Shown: positions 1-9,228 of the stretch, in pieces
How positions within the stretch are numbered: the first letter of the stretch is position 1
How the letters are laid out: every line of letters starts with the position of its first letter
NCBI RefSeq assembly: GCF_020253525.1
Contig: NZ_JADCBK010000004.1
Span: forward strand, 52,261 to 116,260
Reading direction: 5' to 3'
Origin: Aquidulcibacter sp.
GTDB lineage: Bacteria; Pseudomonadota; Alphaproteobacteria; Caulobacterales; Aquidulcibacteraceae
Length of the DNA: 64,000 bases
Notes under the pieces: model-generated
The model's input: only the letters and a program-made list of their open reading frames with translations
Told to the model about the DNA's origin: nothing
Database searches by the model: none
Program-made: the position numbers and the translations under genes

Positions 1-2
1 TT

Positions 3-626
3 GGCTTTCTGATCTGGCAGAGCCTAAGCCAAACATCAAAATCCCCGCCACTCTGGGGTTCGCCCGCCATTGGGTTGGGTTGGGGATGGGTAGTTGGGTG
101 CGCGTTACCCGGTTTCGCCTTGTTGGGCCTTGTGTTTGGCCAAGCCGGTCGATTTGAAGCACGCGATTTCTCGGTTGCTGCTCTGATAATTCCCGTACCC
201 TTCATTCTGATCCACGCGCTGTCAGAAGAAGCTATCATTCGTGGCATTGCCCAGCGGGCTGGAACCGCAGCATTTGGCCCGTTGCTAGGTATTGGTGTAG
301 CCGCGCTCGCTTTCTGTGTCTTGCAAACGCTACAAGGCTATCAATCGATGTGGCACATTGCCAATTCTGCCCTTTTTGGCGCAGCCTTAGGGTTTCTTGC
401 CCTTGGCCGTGGCGGTATTTGGGCGGCTGTCGCGGGCCATGCAGGTTGGACCTGGCTGGAAACCAGCTGGATTGGCGATGCCGTGACCTTTCAGAAGGAT
501 GGAAGCTTTTTGGCTGGAGCCGGCCCTGATTCCTATGGCTCGCCCGTCTTCACCGCGGTCCTCATCGTCATTTTGGCCTTAATGGGCGTTCGCCGGGCTT
601 TGCAAGCCACCAAAGAAAAGCAATAA
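3..626 (+). CDS. CPBP (CAAX protease/Abi) family intramembrane metalloprotease, 5'-truncated by the window
   Basis: Frame is open from base 3; hydrophobic protein with SEEAIIRG (EExxxR), HIAN and HAGW motifs. Confidence 0.8.
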   Translation, partial: GFLIWQSLSQTSKSPPLWGSPAIGLGWGWVVGCALPGFALLGLVFGQAGRFEARDFSVAALIIPVPFILIHALSEEAIIRGIAQRAGTAAFGPLLGIGVAALAFCVLQTLQGYQSMWHIANSALFGAALGFLALGRGGIWAAVAGHAGWTWLETSWIGDAVTFQKDGSFLAGAGPDSYGSPVFTAVLIVILALMGVRRALQATKEKQ

Positions 627-634
627 GGGCAATT

Positions 635-1306
635 ATGTCATCTTCTTTCACCCTAAGCGCCCCGATCATCGACTATCTTGCCGAGGTCAATCCAGCCGAA
701 CACACCGCCCTAACAGCCTGTCGCATCGAAACGGCCAGTCACCCCAAAGCCATGATGCAGATCAGCGCCGAACAAGGTGCCTTCATGAGTTTTCTAATCC
801 GCCAAATAGACGCGCGCTTGGCCGTCGAAGTTGGCGTTTTCACTGGCTATTCGGCTTTGGTGACCGCACTTGCCTTGCGCCAGAATGCGGGCCCCGGCGG
901 TAAACTATTTGCCTTCGACATTTCCGAGGAATTCACCAATCTGGCCCAAACCTATTGGCGGCAGGCCGGTGTTGAGAGCACGATTGACTTGCGCATTGCG
1001 CCTGCTGGCGACAGCCTCACCGCCTTGGCCAACGAAGGCTATGCCGGCAAAATTGATTTCATGTTTGTCGACGCCGATAAGCCCGGATACCGCGACTATT
1101 ACGAAAAGGGCCTCGTGCTTCTTCGCACCGGCGGGCTTATGCTGTTTGATAATATGTTGTGGAGTGGTGCGGTTGCCGACCCCCATGACCAAAGCCCCGA
1201 TACCGTCGCTTTGCGAGATCTCGCTGCTTTCGCCAAAACTGACCCGCGCGTGCGCGCTGCCATGGTGGCGATTGGCGATGGGCTTATGCTGGTAACAAAG
1301 GTCTAG
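635..1306 (+). CDS. SAM-dependent O-methyltransferase (caffeoyl-CoA OMT-like, Methyltransf_3)
   Basis: MQISAEQGAF, EVGVFTGYSAL, FVDADKPGY and FDNMLWSG motifs. Confidence 0.9.
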   Translation: MSSSFTLSAPIIDYLAEVNPAEHTALTACRIETASHPKAMMQISAEQGAFMSFLIRQIDARLAVEVGVFTGYSALVTALALRQNAGPGGKLFAFDISEEFTNLAQTYWRQAGVESTIDLRIAPAGDSLTALANEGYAGKIDFMFVDADKPGYRDYYEKGLVLLRTGGLMLFDNMLWSGAVADPHDQSPDTVALRDLAAFAKTDPRVRAAMVAIGDGLMLVTKV

Positions 1307-2040
1307 CGCTTCGACCAACCTTGGTCATTGGCGGCGGTCACTTCCATCGGATCAACCAGCATTTGGACGCTTGCGGTGAATTTACGCCACGCTTGGGGCA
1401 ACCAGCTGCGCGCCACGACAGTCGGTTGCTGCCTCCAATCCCGCGCCACAAAGGGAGCGAGCTTGGTGACAATCGCCGTCCGTCCATGCAGAATTTTGTT
1501 CACGCGCCAACCGGGCTCACGCTTCAAAACATCTAGCAGAATTTTGCCGGTCCACAGGTCGATGTCGTCAATCAACATCTTGCCGCCGACTTTCAGGCGC
1601 GGGGCCATATAAAGCCAGTCAATACCGGGCAGGGGAAAGCCATGACCGCCATCGATGATCGCCACGTCCAAATCCTCATGCCCCTTCAAATGGGGGAGAA
1701 TGTCTTGGCTGAAGCCATGGTGAAACCGCACCAAACTCAAGTCCAAACCACGCTGCTCCGCTACGCTTTGAATCGAGGCGATTTCATCGGCTGATGGCGT
1801 GATGGCCTCGTGAATGCAGCCAGCTTGTAAGCAAGCCAAAGTAGACTGACCACACCCAGTCTCTAGGGTGTGCATGCCGGGACGCAGGTTCAATTGCAGC
1901 CAAGTTAGAGCCAGATTGCCGGCTTCCCATTGCAACCGCTCACTCGCTTGAGCTTTGGACTGGTCCATGCCTGTATACGCCCCACACAGAAGTACAAGCC
2001 GTCCCAAAGTGGGAAGGTGTTTCATACTCTGGGGAAACAA
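1303..2040 (-). CDS. Class I SAM-dependent methyltransferase (Methyltransf_24-like); start uncertain
   Basis: LETGCGQST motif I, IDGGHGFP and LIDD motifs. Confidence 0.7.
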   Translation of the reverse strand: MFPQSMKHLPTLGRLVLLCGAYTGMDQSKAQASERLQWEAGNLALTWLQLNLRPGMHTLETGCGQSTLACLQAGCIHEAITPSADEIASIQSVAEQRGLDLSLVRFHHGFSQDILPHLKGHEDLDVAIIDGGHGFPLPGIDWLYMAPRLKVGGKMLIDDIDLWTGKILLDVLKREPGWRVNKILHGRTAIVTKLAPFVARDWRQQPTVVARSWLPQAWRKFTASVQMLVDPMEVTAANDQGWSKR

Positions 2041-2070
2041 GCAAATTTCACACCAATGGCGCGAAAAGCG

Positions 2071-2982
2071 CTAGCGTGCAATCCAAGCAGCACCTTGGCG
2101 AACCAGCACTTTGTCTGACAAACGACCATTACTGCCGACACCGCTCGCGGCAATGGCTGACAGGCGGGTCATGTCGCGTGCACGATCAGCCCGGCCAACA
2201 ACCAAGGTGTCCCGCGTCGGGGCCGCAACAGCAAGTGGACCACCCAATTGCTTCTGGATCGTCGTCCACACACTATCGAGCGCTAAGAGGCTGGTCGCAT
2301 AGGGTTGGGTTTGATCGACTTCTAAAAGCCCTTCATTCACCGTCCATTTGACACCAGATAACTCCTTGAGCGTGTTCGCTCGTGCCCGATCAAAGGCCTG
2401 TGTGGCACCCAATTGTAAGTCCACTAGACGCCCAACCGGCATCAGCGCAATGGTCGTCGGGGTATCCCCCACAACAACTTCCTCAAGCCCCTCCAAGAAA
2501 GGACGGCGAACGACGAGATTGCGTTCTCCGAGGGCTGCTGTCTGCTCCTCAAAGGCGTCTATGGCCTGTGTGGTGCGGATCACAACGCGCAATTGCTCCA
2601 GTTTAAATGGGTCTTGCTGCTCCAACAGCTTTCGGACATTGGTTTCAAACCGGCTATATTCAGCATCTGGATCGGCGTCGGCCAGATTGACGCGGGCATG
2701 CAAGGTATCAAGCCTGACGGTGACATCAGAATGGGTCACTACGCGCAAATTATTGGCCATGCCGTCAATACGCTCTACCCCTCGCACGCCGGGCAAAGCC
2801 GATAGACGGCGGGCGAGTTCTTGCGAAACCTCTTCCATACTATAGCGCTCAACGACAGATACGACTGCCCCGGATGGGGCGGCCTCCGTTGATTGCGCGT
2901 TTGCTGAACCCGCGAGCGCGCAAACTGAAACAGCGCAAGCAGCGAGTAATCTTAATGCAGTCATCTTTGAATTCCGTTTCAC
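2071..2982 (-). CDS. Secreted hypothetical protein with DUF1444-like C-terminal region
   Basis: Signal peptide (AGSANA-Q); SLLALDSVW...AVAAPTRDTLVVG resembles DUF1444. Confidence 0.55.
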   Translation of the reverse strand: MKRNSKMTALRLLAACAVSVCALAGSANAQSTEAAPSGAVVSVVERYSMEEVSQELARRLSALPGVRGVERIDGMANNLRVVTHSDVTVRLDTLHARVNLADADPDAEYSRFETNVRKLLEQQDPFKLEQLRVVIRTTQAIDAFEEQTAALGERNLVVRRPFLEGLEEVVVGDTPTTIALMPVGRLVDLQLGATQAFDRARANTLKELSGVKWTVNEGLLEVDQTQPYATSLLALDSVWTTIQKQLGGPLAVAAPTRDTLVVGRADRARDMTRLSAIAASGVGSNGRLSDKVLVRQGAAWIAR

Positions 2983-4452
2983 TTAAAGGCCCGGCGCACT
3001 GAGACGCTCTGCCCGGTCGGCTTCCTGCTTCGCCACAGGGAAGGCGCAATAATCTGCTGCATAATAGGCGCTAGGGCGCCCATCGCCTGAAAGGCCCGGC
3101 CCACCAAAGGGCAGAGCCGAAGAGGCACCCGTCGTTGGTCGGTTCCAATTGATCAGACCCGCCCGCAGGTTCAGCGTCGCCTGCTCCCACAAAGCCGCAT
3201 CGTCGCTGACAAGACCGGAAGAAAGGCCAAAGCGGGTAGCATTGGCGCGCTCGATAGCTTGCTCAAACGTCTTCACCCGAAACACTTGGGCGAAGGGGGC
3301 GAACAATTCCTCATCCTCAGCCTCTTGGGCTTGGGTCATGTCGATCATGCCCGGGCGCACAAAGGCAGGACCTTCAACGCCAATCTTTGCTCTAACCAGC
3401 GACTTACCGCCTAAGGCGATGAGTTCAGCTTCAAAATGGCCAACCCGCGCGGCTTGGCCTGCATGGACAACTGGCCCCATAAAGGGTGCCGTCTCAGCAT
3501 TCCAGGGTGCCAGTACCATACGCTCGATCCTAGCCTGCGTGGCTTCCAATACCTGATCGCCAAAGCGGCCTTCCGGCAGGATTAAACGCCGCGCACACGA
3601 ACAGCGCTGACCGCTCGTGATAAAGGCAGAATGCACGATCAGGTCTGCAGCGGCTTCAATATCGGCAGGGTCCCAAATGATCAAAGGATTATTGCCACCC
3701 ATCTCAAGGGCAAGAATGACTTCAGGGCGGCCACCAAACATGCGGTGAATGGCTGTGCCGGTTGTGGCAGACCCGGTAAACAACACCCCATCAATGCCCG
3801 AAGCGCCTAGAAGCGCGGCCCCTGTATCGCGCGCACCCATGACGACATTGAGAACGCCGGGGGGAAGACCCGCTTCTTCAAAAGCCTCCACCATTAAGAC
3901 CGCAACCGAGGGTGCTAGTTCTGAAGGTTTGAAAACAACCGTATTGCCCGCCAGAAGGGCAGGAACAATGTGTCCATTTGGCAAATGGCCGGGGAAGTTA
4001 AAGGGGCCAAGCACGGCCATCACGCCCCATGGGCGATGGTCCAAAGCCGTACGACCAAAGGCGGCGGCTTCGCTCTTGACGCCTGTCCGCTCGTCATAGG
4101 CACGCACCGAAATGGCGATCTTCCCAACCATGGCCCCAACTTCGGCCGTCGATTCCCACAAGGCTTTTCCCATGTCGCGCGAAATGGCTGCGGCAATCGC
4201 AGGGCCTTTTGCTTGAAGCGCGCGGCTATAAGCTTCCAAAATGGCGATACGTGCCGCACGTGGTGTTTTCGACCACGCTGGGAAAGCCGCGCGGGCAGCG
4301 GCGACAGCCTGTTCCACCTGCGCACCCGTTGCGGCATGGGCAGCAAAGACCACTTCTTCGCTGGCAGGATCAATCGAGGTAAAATGAGGGCCAAGCCCGG
4401 CCTGCCAAGATCCGTTGAGATACAGACCACCGTGAGACTGGTTAGACATCAA
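2983..4452 (-). CDS. astD: Succinylglutamate-semialdehyde dehydrogenase
   Basis: PFNFPGHLPNGHIVPALLAGNTVVFKPSE, LEMGGNNP, SGQRCSCARRL; directly downstream of astA. Confidence 0.93.
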   Translation of the reverse strand: MMSNQSHGGLYLNGSWQAGLGPHFTSIDPASEEVVFAAHAATGAQVEQAVAAARAAFPAWSKTPRAARIAILEAYSRALQAKGPAIAAAISRDMGKALWESTAEVGAMVGKIAISVRAYDERTGVKSEAAAFGRTALDHRPWGVMAVLGPFNFPGHLPNGHIVPALLAGNTVVFKPSELAPSVAVLMVEAFEEAGLPPGVLNVVMGARDTGAALLGASGIDGVLFTGSATTGTAIHRMFGGRPEVILALEMGGNNPLIIWDPADIEAAADLIVHSAFITSGQRCSCARRLILPEGRFGDQVLEATQARIERMVLAPWNAETAPFMGPVVHAGQAARVGHFEAELIALGGKSLVRAKIGVEGPAFVRPGMIDMTQAQEAEDEELFAPFAQVFRVKTFEQAIERANATRFGLSSGLVSDDAALWEQATLNLRAGLINWNRPTTGASSALPFGGPGLSGDGRPSAYYAADYCAFPVAKQEADRAERLSAPGL

Positions 4453-5464
4453 AACTCCGCACGCGGCCCATTTGGCCGTCTTCCATTTCTAAAGCTTGTA
4501 AAACCTGCGGGGCCACAATGACCGCATCAGGCGTAATACGGGCTGGCACTAAGCTACAGCGAAACCCTTCAACGCGGTCGTTCGAGACCATGGCGCGATC
4601 CTCGCCATGGGAATCTCCCGCAACAAACGGTAGAACCCGGGAATCGCGCACGGTGCGTGTATCTTCGATCCGTGTGGCCAAAAGTGGGCCGCCGTCAAAA
4701 ATATCAATCACCCCTTCAAAGCGCAGGCCCTCACGCTCCAACAGGCGCCGCGCGGGTGCGCCGTCGGGATGGGTTTCGCCAATAGCCCCGCGCGCGCTAT
4801 CGGGCAAAAGGTCGACATAAATCGCATGCTTAGGCGAGAGATCGATGATGAATTGATTGTCGCTGGTTGCCGACAATTTATCCGCCTCATCAAAGTCCAT
4901 CCGGTAGAAGGGCCGGCCTACAACTTCCCAGAAAGGCGAACGGCCATCCAAATGCACAACTCCGCGCAACTCACTCACCACCGTGCCATGAAAGCGGGTG
5001 GGGGAACTGGCCATCAACATAAAGCGCGACAGGCTCAAGAGCTTCCCGGCACCATCGCCGCGCCGCTCAGGCTCTAGGAACAAGGTCCCGACTTCGGTGC
5101 AACCTGTATAGTCATTGACCATGGTCAAAGCGCGCATCTCAAAGCGGCGATTGGCAGCTTTTGAAGCCTGCCCATACGTGACGATGCGATAATTGAAGAA
5201 AGGAACATCGCGGCCAATATTGGTCTTAACCGCGGCGCAGCCAAACGGCTTTCCACCCTTGGCGCTTTCGATCATCAACAGATAGATGCCGCCGTCGCTA
5301 TCTGCTTTAGGGGCTTCTGTGGAGAAGGTGGTGAGGCTTTTCTCCAGTCGCTTGGCCAAAAGGGCCTCGTCTTCGGGCAGGCTGGTAAAGCCCGGTCCAG
5401 ATCGGCGGGCAAAGCCCATAAAGGCGTCAAAATCATCAAGCCGCGCGGGGCGTACTACGAGCAT
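4442..5464 (-). CDS. astA: Arginine N-succinyltransferase
   Basis: SGPGFTSLP, TEVGTLFL, SELRGV, SPFWEVVGRPFYRMDF, DIFDGGP motifs. Confidence 0.92.
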   Translation of the reverse strand: MLVVRPARLDDFDAFMGFARRSGPGFTSLPEDEALLAKRLEKSLTTFSTEAPKADSDGGIYLLMIESAKGGKPFGCAAVKTNIGRDVPFFNYRIVTYGQASKAANRRFEMRALTMVNDYTGCTEVGTLFLEPERRGDGAGKLLSLSRFMLMASSPTRFHGTVVSELRGVVHLDGRSPFWEVVGRPFYRMDFDEADKLSATSDNQFIIDLSPKHAIYVDLLPDSARGAIGETHPDGAPARRLLEREGLRFEGVIDIFDGGPLLATRIEDTRTVRDSRVLPFVAGDSHGEDRAMVSNDRVEGFRCSLVPARITPDAVIVAPQVLQALEMEDGQMGRVRSFDV

Positions 5465-6738
5465 GGATTTGTTCCCAATTCCTGTGCCAGCAAGCGACGA
5501 GGGGCTTTGGCATCCAATTGCCCCGTGGCATAGCCTACCAATATCGCCAAAGACAGCCTGATACGCTCTGGAAAACTGTCAAGAATGGCAAATTCCTGAT
5601 CCGAATGGATCAAACCACCGCGTGGGCCCAAGGTATCGACATTGGCGCAACCGGAGGCGGCAAGATTATTGCCCTCGCACACTCCGCCGGTATCCTTATA
5701 GACAATCTCTAGACCGACCGATTTTCCAGCTGCGGCGACTTGGGCGAACACCAATTCTTGGGCGGGGGTTCGCGGCTTTGGTGGCCTGCTGAATCCGCCA
5801 TGGAGATGGGCGTGGATGCCTGCGCCCGACACATACTGGCCGATCAAGGCTTCCACTTCGCCTTGCGCCCAAGCTGCCGCTTCGGCATCAGGGACGCGAA
5901 CGTTAAACCGAACCACGGCAAGATCAGGCACCACATTGTTTGGCCCGCCCCCGTCGATCCGGCCCGTATTGAAGGTAACACCCGGCGCTTTGCCATTGAG
6001 CGCCTCTAGGCCCGCGACAAAGCGCGCCGCCGCAGCAATGGCCGAGCGTCCCTCATGATGGGCGCGCCCGACGTGGGCTGCTTTGCCATGGATGGTCAGC
6101 GAGAAATTGCCAGAGCCCTTGCGTGCCCCAGACATGGAGCCATCGGCGAGTGCTGGCTCGTAAGTCAGGCCTACATCGCTGCGCGCTCCTATCTCCTGTA
6201 AGAGCGCGGCTGAGCCCGGAGAGCCGATTTCTTCATCCGGGCTGAGCAGAACCTCATAGCCAATTTGGGACGCACAGGGCAGGGTTTCAAACACCTTTAG
6301 CGCCTCCAACATCACCCAAAGGCCGCCCTTCATATCCGCTACACCCGGCCCATTGACCACACCAGGCTCAATCTCGCGCACTTTCTGAAAGCTCGAATGG
6401 GCGGGGAAGACAGTGTCATAATGACCGGTAAGCACCAGCTTGATCGGGGCTTCTGGCCGAACGGAGATATGCAGAGAATCGCTTAAGGCCAGTTCGACCG
6501 CTTGGCCTTGGATATCGACACTTGCTTCGGGCTGTAAGGGTCGGCGAACACAGGTGCCGGGCAAAATTCTGAAGGCGTCTTCCAATTTCAAAAGAAAGGC
6601 TTGCAGCCCCTCAAGATTGCGAGAGCCCGTGTTGATTTGGCACCAATCTTCCAGTCTAGCTTTCCAGACGGCGTGATCTGTCTCAACCGAATCCAGCGCC
6701 ATTTGCGTATCGCGATCAAAAATCAGATTTGCGATCAT
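5455..6738 (-). CDS. M20/ArgE-family hydrolase associated with ast genes
   Basis: GHYDTV, GVADMKGG, DEEIG, GVCEGN, HSDQE metal-ligand motifs; overlaps the astA start. Confidence 0.85.
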   Translation of the reverse strand: MIANLIFDRDTQMALDSVETDHAVWKARLEDWCQINTGSRNLEGLQAFLLKLEDAFRILPGTCVRRPLQPEASVDIQGQAVELALSDSLHISVRPEAPIKLVLTGHYDTVFPAHSSFQKVREIEPGVVNGPGVADMKGGLWVMLEALKVFETLPCASQIGYEVLLSPDEEIGSPGSAALLQEIGARSDVGLTYEPALADGSMSGARKGSGNFSLTIHGKAAHVGRAHHEGRSAIAAAARFVAGLEALNGKAPGVTFNTGRIDGGGPNNVVPDLAVVRFNVRVPDAEAAAWAQGEVEALIGQYVSGAGIHAHLHGGFSRPPKPRTPAQELVFAQVAAAGKSVGLEIVYKDTGGVCEGNNLAASGCANVDTLGPRGGLIHSDQEFAILDSFPERIRLSLAILVGYATGQLDAKAPRRLLAQELGTNPCS

Positions 6739-6926
6739 CTTGATCTTCCTTCACAAAAATACCGCCGGAAGTGCAGACTAAGGTTGCTTCCAAGATTCAG
6801 ATGTAGTCGAAAGCCGCGCGCAGCGCCACGCCCCCGCCCTGCTCTATCTGTGTCGCGCGCTGAGGCGGCAATCAGGTTCGGGGGCGCGACACGAAAAGTA
6901 AGCGCATCTTGAAAAGGCGAGAAGTG

Positions 6927-7973
6927 ATGTCCGCAGTATTTGACCATGTTGAGTTCGACCATCATGAGCAGGTTGTCTTTGCCCATGATCATCAAACGGG
7001 GCTGCGGGCGATTATCGGTATTCACAACACTTTTTTGGGCCCGGCAGCCGGTGGAGTGCGCATGGCCAATTATGCCAATATGGATGATGCGCTGACCGAT
7101 GTGCTGCGGCTGTCTCGCGGGATGAGTTATAAGAATGCGCTCGCTGGTATCCCACTAGGCGGCGGCAAGGCGGTTTTGATTGGCAATCCGAAAGCCGATA
7201 AGACGCCGCAATTGATGCAGGCTCTGGGTCGGGCCATCCAAGGCCTGTCGGGGCGCTATCTGGCGGCAGAAGATGTCGGCATGACTTTGGCCGACATGGA
7301 AGAAATCGCGTTAGAAACCAGCCATGTGTTTGGCCGCGATCCCAAGGCTGGCTTTGGTGGCGAGCCCTCGCCCATGACGGCGCTTGGCGTGCTTCTGTCC
7401 ATCAAAACCTGCGTGCGGCGCTTTATGGGGCGCGATGATCTGCGGGGCGTACGTGTCGCCGTCCAAGGGGCTGGTGCGGTGGGGGCGGACCTTGCCCGGC
7501 AATTGGGTCAGGAAGGCGCTGAAGTCTTAATCGCGGATATGGACTCCGCCCGCGCCCAAGCGGCAGCCGACGCGGCAGGTGGACAAGTTCTCAGCGTTGA
7601 CGACATCCTATTTGCCGATGTGGACGTTTTGGCACCCTGCGCGCTGGGGGCCATTCTAAACGACGTGACCATCCCGAAATTGCGCTGCAAGATCGTGTGC
7701 GGGGCGGCCAATAATCAATTGGCAGAGCCCCGCCATGGCCAGGCTTTGGCCGAGCGCGGAATCCTCTATGGGCCTGACTATGTCGTCAATGCGGGTGGCA
7801 TCATCAATGTGTCCTATGAGGTATCAGGCGATTATGATGCCGCCAAAGTGGTTGACCATATTCAGCGTATTCCAAAGACCTTGGAACAAATCTTCGAAGA
7901 AGCCGCTGATGAAGGTCTGACGCCCGATGTGGTCGCCGACCGGATGGCGCAACGCCTTATTGGACGGTCTTAG
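6927..7973 (+). CDS. Leu/Phe/Val (branched-chain amino acid) dehydrogenase
   Basis: GPAAGGVRM, LSRGMSYKNA, GGGKAV, AEDVG, VQGAGAVG, GAANNQL; ATG at 6927 preferred over TTG 6909. Confidence 0.92.
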   Translation: MSAVFDHVEFDHHEQVVFAHDHQTGLRAIIGIHNTFLGPAAGGVRMANYANMDDALTDVLRLSRGMSYKNALAGIPLGGGKAVLIGNPKADKTPQLMQALGRAIQGLSGRYLAAEDVGMTLADMEEIALETSHVFGRDPKAGFGGEPSPMTALGVLLSIKTCVRRFMGRDDLRGVRVAVQGAGAVGADLARQLGQEGAEVLIADMDSARAQAAADAAGGQVLSVDDILFADVDVLAPCALGAILNDVTIPKLRCKIVCGAANNQLAEPRHGQALAERGILYGPDYVVNAGGIINVSYEVSGDYDAAKVVDHIQRIPKTLEQIFEEAADEGLTPDVVADRMAQRLIGRS

Positions 7974-8811
7974 GCTTTGCAGGCGCGGCTTCGGCCTGCT
8001 GCGGTTCAGACGGCATGAAGGGATAAAGCCACTGCCCCAGCAGGTTGGGCGGCATATCCCGGTCTGTCAGGCCCAAATTCATCGGCTTCTCATCCTTTGG
8101 CATATAGAAGGTGCCAAACAGATGATCCAAGAAAGAGAAGGTCGCGGCGAAGTTTTTCGACCCACCTTCATCGGCACCCGTATGATGCCAGCGGTGGAAG
8201 ACGGGGCTTGCAAACACATGGCGCAGGGGTCCGAACGTCCAGTTCAAATTGGCGTGCACCATGGTTGAGTAAAGAATGTTGAAGGGGGCCAGAACCGCTA
8301 CAGCTAAGGGCGGGAAGCCAATCCACAGGGCTATCGCATTGGCGAGGAGACTGTGGAAAATCAAATTGATCGGATGGAAGCGAACCGAGTGCAGCCAGTC
8401 CAGCGTCTCTGGCGCATGATGAATGGCGTGAAAGCGCCACAGCGCATTGCTGTGAAAGAGGCGATGGGTCCAATAGAGCGAGATATCGGTAACAATCAGC
8501 ACGCCCAAAGCCTGCAGCCACAAAGGCCAGTCCGCCAACCAAGAAGCACCCGTCTTGCTCCATTCAACTGCGGCGTCCATATTGCCGGCAAACAAGACGT
8601 AATAGCCGCCCGCAATCAGAGACGTGCCGATCGCCCCGTAAACGACAGGGCCGATCATCCAATAGCCAATATCCATCCAAATATCGCGACGGACCGGGCG
8701 CGGGGTTGGATCGAGAGGGAAGAGACTTTGCAGGAAGCCGAACAAACAGGCGCAGATCAACAGCCAAACGGCCGAGTGGACGAAGGGCAAGTTCATAATG
8801 TCGTTCAACAT
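7957..8811 (-). CDS. Sterol desaturase / fatty acid hydroxylase family membrane di-iron enzyme
   Basis: His boxes YWTHRLFH, HAIHH and FHRWHH; GSKNFA. Confidence 0.88.
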   Translation of the reverse strand: MLNDIMNLPFVHSAVWLLICACLFGFLQSLFPLDPTPRPVRRDIWMDIGYWMIGPVVYGAIGTSLIAGGYYVLFAGNMDAAVEWSKTGASWLADWPLWLQALGVLIVTDISLYWTHRLFHSNALWRFHAIHHAPETLDWLHSVRFHPINLIFHSLLANAIALWIGFPPLAVAVLAPFNILYSTMVHANLNWTFGPLRHVFASPVFHRWHHTGADEGGSKNFAATFSFLDHLFGTFYMPKDEKPMNLGLTDRDMPPNLLGQWLYPFMPSEPQQAEAAPAKPKTVQ

Positions 8812-8883
8812 AACGCTTCCTCTTGCACAGGTCCCTTAGATCCTGCGCCGACAAGCCAAATCCATAGCGCAGAGACACTTAAT

Positions 8884-9228
8884 CTGCCGTTAGCGCGCTT
8901 GCGACAATCCGACCTTTCCGAGGGGCAAATCTTGGGCCTAGACGTCACAGACGGGCGGGCGCAGAGGCGGATCCTTGTTGTCCGGCGGGGTGATACCGTC
9001 ACCGCCTTTGAGAATCGCTGCCCCCATGCCGGTTGGCCGCTGGACACGTTTGACGGCAGGTTTTTGACCACCCAAACCGGCGGCCTGATCTGCGCGGCCC
9101 ATATGGCGGTCTTTGACACACAGACGGGCGCTTGCTTGGGCGGGCCCGGTCAGGGACGCGGGCTTACACCTGTGCCGATAGAGTCCGAGGGCGACAGCTG
9201 GGTGATTGGCCCATTAGCGCACCCTTAA
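8884..9228 (+). CDS. Rieske [2Fe-2S] ferredoxin; start codon uncertain (CTG 8884 or TTG 8899)
   Basis: CPHAG and CAAH Rieske boxes; the upstream part of track ORF 8353..9228 is antisense to the desaturase. Confidence 0.8.
   Translation: MPLARLRQSDLSEGQILGLDVTDGRAQRRILVVRRGDTVTAFENRCPHAGWPLDTFDGRFLTTQTGGLICAAHMAVFDTQTGACLGGPGQGRGLTPVPIESEGDSWVIGPLAHP

Noticed and set aside
8353-8883. N-terminal 177 aa of the 291-aa ORF 8353..9228
   Set aside because: Antisense shadow of the desaturase; only the Rieske portion is protein-like
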